A stretch of DNA of 64,000 bases from Balanoglossus misakiensis. Taxonomy: Eukaryota > Animalia > Hemichordata. Position 1 is the stretch's first letter, and the number at the start of each line of letters is the position of its first letter. The notes under the pieces are model-generated. The model was not told the DNA's origin. It saw only the letters and a program-made list of their open reading frames with translations, and made no database searches. Of the stretch, positions 1-14,480 are shown one piece after another. Location of the stretch: NCBI GenBank assembly GCA_040954595.2, contig CM082586.2, forward strand, positions 11,253,337-11,317,336, given 5' to 3'. The position numbers and the translations under genes are program-made.

Positions 1-3000
1 AAATGACAAATTTTCGTCTTTGCAAAATCTCAAATTTTCGTCGATTTTTGAAAAAAAATCATGGTTGAAAATCATCAAAAAATGACAAAATTTTCGACTT
101 TGTAAAATCACAAAATTTCGTCGATTTTGAAAAAAATCATAGGTTCGTCGATTTTTCAAAAAAAAACATGGGTGAAAATCATCAAAAAATGACAAATTTT
201 GAAAAAAAAACGGGTGAAAATCATCAAAAAATGACACATTTTCCTCTGCAAAATCTCAAAATTTCGTCGTTTTTTGAAAAAAAATCATTGGTGAAAATCA
301 TCAAAAAATGACAAATTTTCGTCTTTGCAAAATCTCAAAATTTCGTCCATTTTTGAAAAAAAATCATGGGTAAAAATCATCAAAAATGACAAATTTTCGT
401 CTTTGCAAAATTTCAAATTTTCGTCGATTTTTGAAAAAAATCATGGGGGAAAATCATGAAAAAATGACAAATTTTCCTCTTTGCAAAATCTCAAAATTTC
501 GTCGATTTTTGAAAAAAAATCATGGGTGAAAATCATGAAAAAAAGACAAATTTTCCTCTTTGCAAAATCTCAAAATTTCGTCGTTTTTTGAAAAAAAATC
601 ATGGGTGAAAATCATCAAAAAATGACAAATTTTCGTCTTTGCAAAATCTCAAAATTTCGTTCATTTTTGAAAAAAAATCATGGGTAAAAATCATCAAAAA
701 TGACAAATTTTCGTCTTTGCGAAATCTCAAATTTTCGTCGATTTTTGAAAAAAATCATGGGGGAAAATCATGAAAAAATGACAAATTTTGAAAAAAAAAA
801 ACTGGTGAAAATCATCAAAAAATGACACATTTACGACTTGGCAAAATCTCAAAATTTCGTCGATTTTTGAAAAAAAATCATGGGTGAAAATCATGAAAAA
901 ATGACAAATTTTGAAAAAAAAACGGGTGAAAATCATCAAAAAATGACACATTTTCGTCGACTTTGCAAAATCTCAAAATTTCGTCGATTTTTGAAAAAAA
1001 TCATGGGGGAAAATCATGAAAAAATGACAAATTTTCCTCTGCAAAATCTCAAAATTTCGTCGATTTTTAAAAAAAGACATGGGTGAAAATCATCAAAAAA
1101 TAACAAATTTTCGACTTTGCAAAATCTCAAAATTTCGTCCATTTTTGAAAAAAAATCATGGGTAAAAATCATCAAAAAATGACAAATTTTCGTCTTTGCA
1201 AAATCTCACAATTTCGTCGATTTTTGAAAAAAATCATGTGTGAAAATCATCAAAAAATGACAAATTTTCGACTTTGCAAAATCTCAAAATTTCGTCAATT
1301 TTTGAAAAAATCATGGGTGAAAATCATCAAAAAATGACAAATTTTCGTCTTTGCAAAATCTCAAAATTTCGTCCATTTTAAAAAAAAAACGGGGGAAAAT
1401 CATCAAAAAATGACAAATTTTCGACTTTGCAAAATCTCAAAATTTCGTCGATTTTTGAAAAAAAATCATGGGTGAAAATCATCAAAAAATGACAAATTTT
1501 CGACTTTGCAAAATCTCAAAATTTCGTCAATTTTTGAAAAAATCATGGGTGAAAATCATCAAAAAATGACAAATTTTCGTCTTTGCAAAATCTCAAAATT
1601 TCGTCGGTTTTTGAGAAATAATATGGGTGAAAATCATCAAAAAATGACAAATTTTTGACTGCAAAATCTCAAAATTTCGTCGATTTTTGAAAAAAATCAT
1701 GGGTGAAAATCATCAAAAAATGACAAATTTTCGACTTTGCAAAATCTCAAAATTTCGTCGGTTTTGAAAAAAATCATGGGTTCGTCGATTTTTTTAAATA
1801 AAAACGGGTAAAAATCATCAAAAAATGACAAATGTTCGACTTTGCAAAATCTAAAAATTTCGTCGATTTTTGAAAAAAAATCATGGGTGAAAATCATCAA
1901 AAAATGACAAATTTTCGTCTTTGCAAAATCTCAAAATTTCGTCCATTTTTGAAAAAAAATCATGGGTAAAAATCATCAAAAATGACAAATTTTCGACTTT
2001 GCAAAATCTCAAAATTTTGTTGATTTTTGAAAAAAATCATAGGTGAAAATCATCAAAAAATGACAAATTTTCGATTTTGCAAAATCTCAAAATTTCGTCG
2101 ATTTTTGAAAAAAAACGGGTGAAAATCATCAAAAAATGACACATTTTCGTCGACTTTGCAAAATCTCAAAATTTCGTAGATTTTTGAAAAAAATCATGGG
2201 GGAAAATCATGAAAAAAATGACAAATTTTCCTCTTTGCAAAATCTCAAAATTTCGTCGATTTTTAAAAAAAGACGGGTGAAAATCATCAAAAAATAACAA
2301 ATTTTCGACTTTGCAAAATCTCAAAATTTCGTCCATTTTTGAAAAAAAATCATGGGTGAAAATCATCAAAAAATGACACATTTTCGTCGACTTTGCAAAA
2401 TCTCAAAATTTCGTCGATTTTTGAAAAAAATCATGGGGGAAAATCATGAAAAAATGACAAATTTTCCTCTTTGCAAAATCTCAAAATTTCGTCGATTTTT
2501 AAAAAAAGACATGGGTGAAAATCATCAAAAAATAACAAATTTTCGACTTTGCAAAATCTCAAAATTTCGTCCATTTTTGAAAAAAAATCATGGGTAAAAA
2601 TCATCAAAAAATGACAAATTTTCCTCTTTGCAAAATCTCAAAATTTCGTCGATTTTTGAAAAAAAATCATGGGTGAAAATCATCAAAAAATGACAAATTT
2701 TCGTCTTTGCAAAATCTCAAAATTTCGTCCATTTTTGAAAAAAAATCATGGGTAAAAATCATCAAAAATGACAAATTTTCGTCTTTGCAAAATCTCAAAT
2801 TTTCGTCGATTTTTGAAAAAAAATCATGGTTGAAAATCATCAAAAAATGACAAAATTTTCGACTTTGTAAAATCACAAAATTTCGTCGATTTTGAAAAAA
2901 ATCATAGGTTCGTCGATTTTTTAAAAAAAAACATGGGTGAAAATCATCAAAAAATGATAAATTTTCGACTTTGCAAAATCTCAAAATTTCGTCGATTTTT

Positions 3001-6000
3001 GAAGAAAATCAAGGGTGAAAATCATCAAAAAATGACAAAATTTTCGACTTTGTAAAATCACAAAATTACGTCGATTTTGAAACAAATCATAGGTTCGTCG
3101 ATTTTTTTAAAAAAAACATGGGTGAAAATCATCAAAAAATGACAAATTTTGAAAAAAAAACGGGTGAAAATCATCAAAAAATGACACATTTACGACTTTG
3201 CAAAATCTCAAAATTTCGTCGATTTTTGAAAAAAAACCGGGTGAAAATCATCAAAAAATGACACATTTACGACTTTGCAAAATCTCAAAATTTCGTCGAT
3301 TTTTGAAAAAAAATCATGGGTTAAAATCATCAAAAAATGACACATTTTCGTCGACTTTGCAAAATCTCAAAATTTCGTCGATTTTTGAAAAAAATCATAG
3401 GTTCGTCGATTTTTTAAAAAAAAACATGGGTGAAAATCATCACAAAATGACAAATTTTGAAAAAAAAACGGGTGAAAATCATCAAAAAATGACACATTTA
3501 CGACTTTGCAAAATCTCAAAATTTCGTCGATTTTTGGAAAAAAACCATGGCTGAAAATCATGAAAAAATGACTAATTTTCCTCTTTGCAAAATCTCAAAA
3601 TTTCGTCGATTTTTGAAAAAAAATCATTGGTGAAAATCATCAAAAAATGACAAATTTTCGTCTTTGCAAAATCTCAAAATTTCGTCCATTTTTGAAAAAA
3701 AATCATGGGTAAAAATCATCAAAAATGACAAATTTTCGTCTTTGCAAAATCTCAAATTTTCGTCGATTTTTGAAAAAAAATCATGGTTGAAAATCATCAA
3801 AAAATGACAAAATTTTCGACTTTGTAAAATCACAAAATTTCGTCGATTTTGAAAAAAATCATAGGTTCGTCGATTTTTTAAAAAAAAAACATGGGTGAAA
3901 ATCATCAAAAAATGACAAATTTTGAAAAAAAACGGGTGAAAATCATCAAAAAATGACACATTTTCGTCGACTTTGCAAAATCTCAAAATTTCGTCGATTT
4001 TTGAAAAAAATCATGGGGGAAAATCATGAAAAAATGACAAATTTTCCTCTTTGCAAAATCTCAAAATTTCGTCGTTTTTTAAAAAAAGACATGGGTGAAA
4101 ATCATCAAAAAATAACAAATTTTCGACTTTGCAAAACCTCAAAATTTCGTCCATTTTTGAAAAAAAATCATGGGTAAAAATCATCATAAAATGACAAATT
4201 TTCGTCTTTGCAAAATCTCACAATTTCGTCGATTTTTGAAAAAAATCATGTGTGAAAATCATCAAAAAATGACAAATTTTCGACTTTGCAAAATCTCAAA
4301 ATTTCGTCAATTTTTGAAAAAATCATGGGTGAAAATCATCAAAAAATAACAAATTTTCGTCTTTGCAAAATCTCAAAATTTCGTCCATTTAAAAAAAAAA
4401 ACATGGGGGAAAATCATCAAAAAATGACACATTTACGACTTTGCAAAATCTCAAAATTTCGTCGATTTTTGGAAAAAAAACCATGGGTGAAAATCATGAA
4501 AAAATGACAAATTTTCCTCTTTGCAAAATCTCAAAATTTCGTCGATTTTTGAAAAAAAATCATGGGTGAAAATCATCAAAAAATGACAAATCTTCGTCAT
4601 TGCAAAATCTCAAAATTTCGTCCATTTTTGAAAAAAAATCATGGGTAAAATCATCAAAAATGACAAATTTTCGTCTTTGCAAAATCTCAAATTTTCGTCG
4701 ATTTTTGAAAAAAAATCATGGTTGAAAATCGTCAAAAAATGACAAAATTTTCGACTTTGTAAAATCACAAAATTTCGTCGATTTTGAAAAAAATCATAGG
4801 TTCGTCGATTTAAAAAAAAAAAAACATGGGTGAAAATCATCAAAAAATGACAAATTTTGAAAAAAAACGGGTGAAAATCATCAAAAAATGACACATTTTC
4901 GTCGTCTTTGCAAAATCTCACAATTTCGTCGATTTTTGAAAAAAATCATGTGTGAAAATCATCAAAAAATGACAAATTTTCGACTTTGCAAAATCTCAAA
5001 ATTTCGTCAATTTTTGAAAAAATCATGGGTGAAAATCATCAAAAAATAACAAATTTTCGTCTTTGCAAAATCTCAAAATTTCGTCAATTTTTGAAAAAAT
5101 CATGGGTGAAAATCATCAAAAAATGACAAATTTTCGTCTTTGCAAAATCTCAAAATTTCGTCAATTTTCAAAAAAAAACATGGGGGAAAATCATCAAAAA
5201 ATGACAAATGTTCGACTTTGCAAAATCTCAAAATTTCGTCGATTTTTGAAAAAAATCATGGGTGAAAATCATCAAAAAATGACAAATTTTCGACTTTGCA
5301 AAATCTCAAAATTTCGTCAATTTTTGAAAAAATCATGGGTGAAAATCATCAAAAAATGACAAATTTTCGTCTTTGCAAAATCTCAAAATTTCGTCGGTTT
5401 TTGAAAAATAATATGGGTGAAAATAATCAAAAAATGACAAATTTTTGACTGCAAAATCTCAACATTTCGTCGATTTTTGAAAAAAATCATGGGTGAAAAT
5501 CATCAAAAAATGACAAATTTTCGACTTTGCAAAATCTCAAAATTTCGTCAATTTTTGAAAAAATCATGGGTGAAAATCATCACAAAATGACAAATTTTGA
5601 AAAAAAACGGGTGAAAATCATCAAAAAATGACAAATTTTCGTCTTTGCAAAATCTCAAAATTTCGTCCATTTTAAAAAAAAAACGGGGGAAAATCATCAA
5701 AAAATGACAAATTTTCGACTTTGCAAAATCTCAAAATTTCGTCAATTTTTGAAAAATCATTGGTGAAAATCATCAAAAAATGACAAATTTTCGTCTTTGC
5801 AAAATCTCAAAATTTCGTCGGTTTTTAAAAAATAATATGGGGGAAAATCATCAAAAAATGACAAATTTTTGACTGCAAAATCTCAACATTTAGTCGATTT
5901 TTGAAAAAAATCATGGGTGAAAATCATGAAAAAATGACACATTTTGGACTTTGAAAAATCTAAAAATTTCGTCGATTTTTGAAAAAAAATCATGGGTGAA

Positions 6001-9000
6001 AATCATCAAAAAATGACACATTTTCGACTTTGCAAAATCTCAACATTTCGTCGATTTTTGAAAAAAATCATGGGTGAAAATCATCAAAAAATGACAAATT
6101 TTCGACTTTGCAAAATCTCACAATTTCGTCGATTTTTGAAAAAATCATGGGTGAAAATCATCAAAAAATGACAAATTTTCGACTTTGCAAAATCTCAAAA
6201 TTTCGTCGATTTTGAAAAAAACCATTGGGGGAAAATCATCAAAAAATGACAAATTTTCGATTTTGCAAAATCTCAAAATTTCGTCGATTTTTGAAAAAAA
6301 TCAGGGTTGAAAATCATCAAAAAATGACAAAATTTTCGACTTTGCAAAATCACAAAATTTCGTCGATTTTGAAAAAAATCATAGGTTCGTCGATTTTTAA
6401 AAAAAAAACATGGGTGAAAATCATCAAAAAATGACACATTTTCGACTTTGTAAATCTCACAATTTCGTCGATTTTGAAAAAAATCATAGGTTCGTCGATT
6501 TTTTAAAAAAAACATGGGTGAAAATCATCACAAAATGACAAATTTTGAAAAAAAAACGGGTGAAAATCATCAAAAAATGACAAATTTTCGACTTTGCAAA
6601 ATCTCAAAATTTCGTCAATTTTTGAAAAAATCATGGGTGAAAATCATCACAAAATGACAAATTTTGAAAAAAAAACGGGTGAAAATCATCAAAAAATGAC
6701 AAATTTTCGTCTTTGCAAAATCTCAAAATTTCGTCCATTTTAAAAAAAAAACGGGGGAAAATCATCAAAAAATGACAAATTTTCGACTTTGCAAAATCTC
6801 AAAATTTCGTCAATTTTTGAAAAAATCATTGGTGAAAATCATCAAAAAATGACAAATTTTCGTCTTTGCAAAATCTCAAAATTTCGTCGGTTTTTAAAAA
6901 ATAATATGGGTGAAAATCATCAAAAAATGACAAATTTTCGACTTTGCAAAATCTCAAAATTTCGTCGGTTTTTGAAAAATAATATGGGTGAAAATCATCA
7001 AAAAATGACAAATTTTCGATTTTGCAAAATCTCAAAATTTCGTCCATTTTTGAAAAAAAATCATGGGTAAAAATCATCAAAAAATGACAAATTTTCGTCT
7101 TTGCAAAATCTCAAAATTTCGTCCATTTAAAAAAAAAACATGGGGGAAAATCATCAAAAAATGACAAATTTTCGACTTTGCAAAATCTCAAAATTTCGTC
7201 GATTTTGAAAAAAACCATTGGGGGAAAATCATCAAAAAATGACAAATTATCGACTTTGCAAAATCTCACAATTTCGTCAATTTTTGAAAAAAATCATGGG
7301 TGAAAATCATCAAAAAATTACAAATTTTCGACTTTGCAAAATCTCAAAATTTCGTCGATTTTTGTAAAAAATCATTGGTGAAAATCATCAAAAAATGACA
7401 AATTTTCGACTTTGCAAAATCTCAAAATTTAGTCGATTTTTGAATAAAAATCATGGGTAAAAATCATCAAAAATGACAAATTTTCGTCTTTGCAAAATCT
7501 CAAAATTTCGTCGGTTTTTGAAAAATAATATTGGTGAAAATCATCAAAAAATGACAAATTTTCGACTTTGCAAAATCTCAAAATTTCGTCGATTTTTGAA
7601 AAAAAATCATGGGTGAAAATCATCAAAAAATGACAAATTTTCGTCTTTGCAAAATCTCAAAATTTCGTCCATTTTTGAATAAAAATCATGGGTAAAAATC
7701 ATCAAAAATGACAAATTTTCGTCTTTGCAAAATCTCAAATTTTCGTCGATTTTTGAAAAAAAATCATGGTTGAAAATCATCAAAAAATGACAAAATTTTC
7801 GACTTTGTAAAATCAAAAAATTTCGTCGATTTTGAAAAAAATCATAGGTTCGTCGATTTTTAAAAAAAAAACATGGGTGAAAATCATCAAAAAATGACAA
7901 ATTTTCGACTTTGCAAAATCTCAAAATTTCGTCGATTTTTGAAACAAAATCATGGGTGAAAATTATCAAAAAATGACACATTTTCGATTATGCAAAATCT
8001 CAAAATTTCGTCGATTTTTGAATAAAAATCATAGGTGAAAATCATCAAAAAATGACAAATTTTCGACTTTGCAAAATCTCAAAATTTCGTCGATTTTTGA
8101 AAAAAAATCATGGTGAAAATCATCAAAAAATGACAAATTTTCGACTTTGCAAAATCTCAAAATTTCGTCGATTTTTGAAAAAAAATCATGGTGAAAATCA
8201 TCAAAAAATGACAAATTTTCGTCTTTGCAAAATCTCAAAATTTCGTCCATTTTTGAAAAAAAATAATGGTTGAAAATCATCAAAAAATGACAAATTTTTG
8301 ACTTTGCAAAATCTCAAAATTTCGTTCATTTTTAAAAAAAATCATGGGTGAAAATCATCAAAAAATGACAAATTTTCGATTATGCAAAATCTCAAAATTT
8401 CGTCGATTTTGAAAAAAATCATGGGTTCGTCGATTTTTAAAAAAAAACATTGGTGAAAATCATCAAAATATGACAAATTTTCGACTTTGCAAAATCTCAA
8501 AATTTCGTCGATTTTTGAAAAAATCATGGGTGAAAATCATCAAAAAATGACAAATTTTCAACTTTGCAAAATCTCAAAATTTCGTCGATTTTTGAAAAAA
8601 AATCATGGTGAAAATCATCAAAAAATGACAAAATTTTCGACTTTGTAAAATTACAAAATTTCGTCGATTTTGAAAAAAATCATAGGTTCGTCGATTTTTA
8701 AAAAAAAAACATGGGTGAAAATCATCAAAAAATGACAAAATTTTCGACTTTGTAAAATTACAAAATTTCGTCGATTTTGAAAAAAATCATAGGTTCGTCG
8801 ATTTAAAAAAAAAAAAAACATGGGTGAAAATCATCAAAAAATGACAAATTTTCGACTTTGCAAAATCTCAAAATTTCGTCGATTTTTGAAAAAAAATCAT
8901 GGGTAAAAATCATCAAAAAATGACACATTTTCGATTATGCAAAATCTCAAAATTTCGTCGATTTTTGAAAAAAAATCATGGGTGAAAATCATGAAAAAAT

Positions 9001-9153
9001 GACACATTTTCGACTTTGAAAAATCTAAAAATTTCGTCGATTTTTGAAAAAAATCATGGGTGAAAATCATCAAAAAATGACAAATTTTCGACTTTGCAAA
9101 ATCTCAAAATTTCGTCAATTTTTGAAAAAATCATGGGTAAAAATCATCAAAAA
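1..9153. repeat. AT-rich satellite, ~78-80 bp monomer, with recurring variant monomers and higher-order blocks
   Basis: Monomer aaaatcatcaaaaaatgacaaattttcgactttgcaaaatctcaaaatttcgtcgatttttgaaaaaaaatcatgggtg repeats head-to-tail throughout. Variants include a truncated ...gacaaattttgaaaaaaaaacgggtg monomer and one with an extra atcataggttcgtcgatttt. Confidence 0.97.
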
Positions 9154-10756
9154 TAGCGTCAAGGACACTGTGGTCCCATTTGAGGATTATGCGGAAACAG
9201 TGACACACCAGAATAAAAATTACAGGTGACATTGCAAGCAGATCTGCAAGCAGCAATATCGGGCCCAAGCCAACATAGCACATAGCAATATAGCAATAAG
9301 CATATCTGCTCTGGATGCCAAGATATGGAAAAGTAGGTCAAAGGTCACCTGAGGTTATGTAAAATTTGGGCAAGAAATTTTGACCCTATACTGGTCCATG
9401 TTCAACAAAACCAAACCTATAGCCCTATTGGTTAGCCTGGAATTAGGTATGCACATAATTAATGAGATATGCAGGTGTCACAGGTGACCCCCAATTTTGG
9501 CTTTTCAATTTTAGTCCCAACCCTCCAAACGCCAAGTCTGTACCTGCTCTGGATGCCAAGATATGATAAAGTAGGTCAAAGGTCACCTGAGGTCATGCAA
9601 AATTTGGGCAAGAAATTTTGACCCTATACTGGTCCATGTTCAACAAAAACCAAACCCGTAGCCCAATTGGTTAGCCTGGAATTAGGTATGCACATAATTA
9701 ATGAGATATGCAGGTGTCACAGGTGACCCCCAATTTTGGCTTTTCAATTTTAGTCCCAACCCTCCAAACGCCAAGTCTGTACCTGCTCTGGATGCCAAGA
9801 TATGATAAAGTAGGTCAAAGGTCACCTGAGGTCATGCAAAATTTGGGCAAGAAATTTTGACCCTATACTGGTCCATGTTCAACAAAAACCAAACCCGCAG
9901 CCCAATTGGTTAGCCTGGAATTAGGTATGCACATAATAAATGAGATATGCAGGTGTCACAGGTGACCAATATTTTGGCTTTTCAATTTTAGTCCCAACCC
10001 TCCAAACGACAAGTCTGTACCTGCTCTGGATGCCGAGATATCTGAAAGTAGGTCAAAGGTCACCTGAGGTCACCCAAAATTTGGGCAAGAAATTTTGACC
10101 CTATACTGGTCCATGTCCCACAAGAACGAAACCTCTAGCCCTATTAGTTAGCCCGGAATTAGGTATGCACATAATGCAGGTGTTACAGGTGAGCCCAAAA
10201 TTTTGCCTTTTATTTTGGCCCCATTGTGCTCACTGACCAATAGACTTCACTGTACAGCACTATTGCACAGACCAGAATTCCACGATAAGACGTGGACATA
10301 GCTTAACCATAGAGGTATAAGTAAAGGTATAAATTTAATAAAAAGACTAAAAAATTCATAAAAAATAAAACATCGATGATATTAACTTAACACTTACAGG
10401 TCGATGTGAGGTTGACATATGGTACATGCATACCAATTTTTAAAGCAATCTGACGAGTAGTTGTTGACTTTCAGAGTTTTGATAAATTTCACATTTTTCC
10501 AGCTAATTTGCATATTTTTGGGCCTGGCAACTTCGTTTGGACAAACTCCCATCTACAGCCCAGCCTACACCTACACACCAAATATTGAGATGATACGCGC
10601 AGCGGTTTTCAAGTTTTTGATGTGGACGGACATACAGACATACATCCATACATACATCCATCCATCCATCCATCCATCCATCCATCCATACATACATACA
10701 GACGCAACCGATCCCATAAGGTCCCATGGTATATATGCCTATACCAATGGGACCTA
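9154..10756 (-). mobile_element. Non-autonomous Helentron (HINE/DINE-1-like) inserted in the satellite
   Basis: Read on the minus strand it begins in a T-run with TAGGTCCCATTGG plus an adjacent inverted copy (CCATGGGACC). Then come a (GTAT/GGAT)n microsatellite (10631-10700), central tandem repeats, a 3' subTIR (AAATGGGACC) and a terminal hairpin AGTGTC-CTT-GACGCT, followed by a T-run. There is no TSD. A matching empty site lies at ~12231-12310. Confidence 0.85.
9303..10200. repeat. ~238-239 bp tandem repeat (~3.7 copies) inside the HINE
   Basis: ctgctctggatgcc(a/g)agatat...gtaggtcaaaggtcacctgagg recurs at ~9306, 9544, 9783 and 10021. Confidence 0.95.
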
Positions 10757-13700
10757 AAAAATGACAAATTTTCGTCTTTGCTAAATCTCAAAATTTCGTC
10801 GGTTTTTGAAAAATAATATGGGTGAAAATCATCAAAAAATGACAAATTTTCGACTTTGCAAAATCTCAAAATTTCGTCGATTTTTGAATAAAAATCATGG
10901 GTGAAAATCATCAAAAAATGACACATTTTCGACTTTGCAAAATCTCAACATTTCGTCGATTTTTGAAAAAAAATCATGGTGAAAATCATCAAAAAATGAC
11001 AAATTTTCGTCTTTGCAAAATCTCAAAATTTCGTCCATTTTTGAAAAAAAATAATGGTTGAAAATCATCAAAAAATGACAAATTTTTGACTTTGCAAAAT
11101 CTCAAAATTTCGTTCATTTTTAAAAAAAATCATGGGTGAAAATCATCAAAAAATGACAAATTTTCGATTATGCAAAATCTCAAAATTTCGTCGATTTTGA
11201 AAAAAATCATGGGTTCGTCGATTTTTAAAAAAAAACATTGGTGAAAATCATCAAAATATGACAAATTTTCGACTTTGCAAAATCTCAAAATTTCGTCGAT
11301 TTTTGAAAAAATCATGGGTGAAAATCATCAAAAAATGACAAATTTTCAACTTTGCAAAATCTCAAAATTTCGTCGATTTTTGAAAAAAAATCATGGTGAA
11401 AATCATCAAAAAATGACAAAATTTTCGACTTTGTAAAATCACAAAATTTCGTCGATTTTGAAAAAAATCATAGGTTCGTCTATTTTAAAAAAAAAACATG
11501 GTTGAAAATCATCAAAAAATGACAAATTTTCGACTTTGCAAAATCTCAAAATTTCGTCGATTTTTGAAAAAAAAATCATGGGTGAAAATCATCAAAAAAT
11601 GACAAATTTTCGTCTTTGCAAAATCTCAAAATTTTGTCCATTTTTGAATAAAAATCATGGGTAAAAATCATCAAAAATGACAAATTTTCGTCTTTGCAAA
11701 ATCTCAAATTTTCGTCGATTTTTGAAAAAAAATCATGGTTGAAAATCATCAAAAAATGACAAAATTTTCGACTTTGTAAAATCACAAAATTTCGTCGATT
11801 TTGAAAAAAATCATAGGTTCGTCGATTTTTAAAAAAAAAACATGGGTGAAAATCATCAAAAAATGACAAATTTTCGACTTTGCAAAATCTCAAAATTTCG
11901 TCGATTTTTGAAAAAAAATCTTGGGTAAAAATCATCAAAAAATGACACATTTTCGATTATGCAAAATCTCAAAATTTCGTCGATTTTTGAAAAAAAATCA
12001 TGGGTGAAAATCATGAAAAAATGACACATTTTCGACTTTGAAAAATCTAAAAATTTCGTCGATTTTTGAAAAAAAATCATGGGTAAAAATCATCAAAAAA
12101 TGACAAATTTTCGTCTTTGCAAAATCTTAAAATTTCGTCGATTTTTGAAAAAAATCATGGGTGAAAATCATCAAAAAATGACAAATTTTCGACTTTGCAA
12201 AATCTCAAAATTTCGTCAATTTTTGAAAAAATCATGGGTAAAAATCATCAAAAAATGACAAATTTTCGTCTTTGCTAAATCTCAAAATTTCGTCGGTTTT
12301 TGAAAAATAATATGGGTGAAAATCATCAAAAAATGACAAATTTTCGACTTTGCAAAATCTCAAAATTTCGTCGATTTTTGAATAAAAATCATGGGTGAAA
12401 ATCATCAAAAAATGACACATTTTCGACTTTGCAAAATCTCAACATTTCGTCGATTTTTGAAAAAAAATCATGGTGAAAATCATCAAAAAATGACAAATTT
12501 TCGTCTTTGCAAAATCTCAAAATTTCGTCCATTTTTGAAAAAAAATCATGGGTAAAAATCATCAAAAAATGACAAATTATCGACTTTGCAGAATCACACA
12601 ATTTCGTCGATTTTTGAAAAAAATCATGGGTGAAAATCATCAAAAAATTACAAATTTTCGACTTTGCAAAATCTCAAAATTTCGTCGATTTTTGTAAAAA
12701 ATCATGGGTGAAAATCATCAAAAAATGACAAATTTTCGACTTTGCAAAATCTCAAAATTTAGTCGATTTTTGAAAAAAAATCATAGGTGAAAATCATCAA
12801 AAAATGACAAATTTTCGACTTTGCAAAATCTCAAAATTTCGTCAATTTTTGAAAAAAATCAGGGGTAAAAATCATCAAAAAATGACAAATTTTCGTCTTT
12901 GCTAAATCTCAAAATTTCGTCTGTCTTTGAAAAATAATATTGGTGAAAATCATCAAAAAATGACAAATTTTCGACTTTGCAAAATCTCAAAATTTCGTCC
13001 ATTTTTGAAAAAAAATCATGGGTAAAAATCATCAAAAAATGACAAATTTTCGTCTTTGCAAAATCTCAAAATTTCGTTCATTTTAAAAAAAAAACATGGG
13101 GGAAAATCATCAAAAAATGACAAATTTTCGACTTTGCAAAATCTCAAAATTTCGTCGATTTTGAAAAAAAATAATGGTTGAAAATCATCAAAAAATGACC
13201 AATTTTCGACTTTGCAAAATCTCAAAATTTCGTCGATTTTTGAAAAAAAATCATGGGTGAAAATCATCAAAAAATGACAAATTTTCGTCTTTGCAAAATC
13301 TCAAAATTTCGTCCATTTTTGAATAAAAATCATGGGTAAAAATCATCAAAAATGACAAATTTTCGTCTTTGCAAAATCTCAAATTTTCGTCGATTTTTGA
13401 AAAAAAATCATGGTTGAAAATCATCAAAAAATGACAACATTTTCGACTTTGTAAAATCACAAAATTTCGTCGATTTTGAAAAAAATCATAGGTTCGTCGA
13501 TTTTAAAAAAAAAAACATGGGTGAAAATCATCAAAAAATGACAAATTTTCGACTTTGCAAAATCTCAAAATTTCGTCGATTTTTGAAAAAAAATCATGGG
13601 TGAAAATCATCAAAAAATGACACATTTTCGATTATGCAAAATCTCAAAATTTCGTCGATTTTTGAAAAAAAATCATGGGTGAAAATCATCAAAAAATGAC

Positions 13701-13778
13701 AAATTTTCGACTTTGCAAAATCTCAAAATTTCGTCGATTTTTGAAAAAAATCATGGGTGAAAATCATCAAAAAATGAC
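10757..13778. repeat. Continuation of the ~79-bp satellite
   Basis: Same monomer. It resumes in register after the HINE and ends at the junction ...aaaatgac|catcaactgag. Confidence 0.97.
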
Positions 13779-14480
13779 CATCAACTGAGTATCATGCAAA
13801 TACTCTGTGCACAGTGGGTAAAGACACATTTGGTTTTTTAGGAGACTTTCATCAGTTGTAGTAAAATACAACGTGACTACACTATATACACCAATGAGAA
13901 TGGCCATGTAATTCAGAGAGTGCTTGATATTAAAACTGTTTCATAGTTGTGGCCTTTACTGATGATAATTAGGTTACCATAGATACAAGCCCAATGCAAC
14001 ATGACAGGGATAAACATATGCAAAGACAAGATTTAACCCCACCTCCATAATCAAAATACTACCACAGAGGGCGCTATACTATATGACCATCAACTGAGTA
14101 TCATTCAAATACTCTGTGCACAGTGGGTAAAGACACATTTGGTTTTTTAGGAGACTTTCACCAGTTGCAGTAAAATACAACGTGACTACACTATATGCAC
14201 CAATGAGAATGGCCGTGTAATTCAGAGTGCTTGATATTAAAACTGTTTCAAAGCTGTGGCCTTTACTGCTGATAATTAGGTTACCATAGATACAAGTGGA
14301 ATGGAACCGGACAGGGATAAACATACAAAGGCTAGGTTAACCCCCCCCCCCCCCAAATACTACCACAGAGGGCGCTATACTGATCATCAAGTCTGTACCA
14401 TTGAAATAAATCTGTGCAGAGTGGGTAAATTAGGCATTTGGTTCTTCAGATTTTCATAAGTTGCACTAAAATGCTATGTG
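13774..14480. repeat. ~300-310 bp tandem repeat, ~2.3 diverged copies
   Basis: atgaccatcaactgagtatca...ctctgtgcacagtgggtaaagacacatttgg occurs at 13774 and 14083, with a degenerate copy at ~14381. Units end in accacagagggcgctatact. Confidence 0.88.

Noticed and set aside
10461-10926. ORFs with HPSI/MDGW repeats (similar YVCM/HTYI ORFs at 51658-52010)
   Set aside because: They are microsatellite translations.
727-13460. Dozens of F/K-rich ORFs in the first satellite
   Set aside because: They are translations of the 79-bp monomer, with frames broken by variable A-runs.
1-13778. CRISPR-like array or CENP-B box
   Set aside because: There are no unique spacers and the context is eukaryotic. The TTCG...CGGG spacing does not fit the 17-bp CENP-B box.
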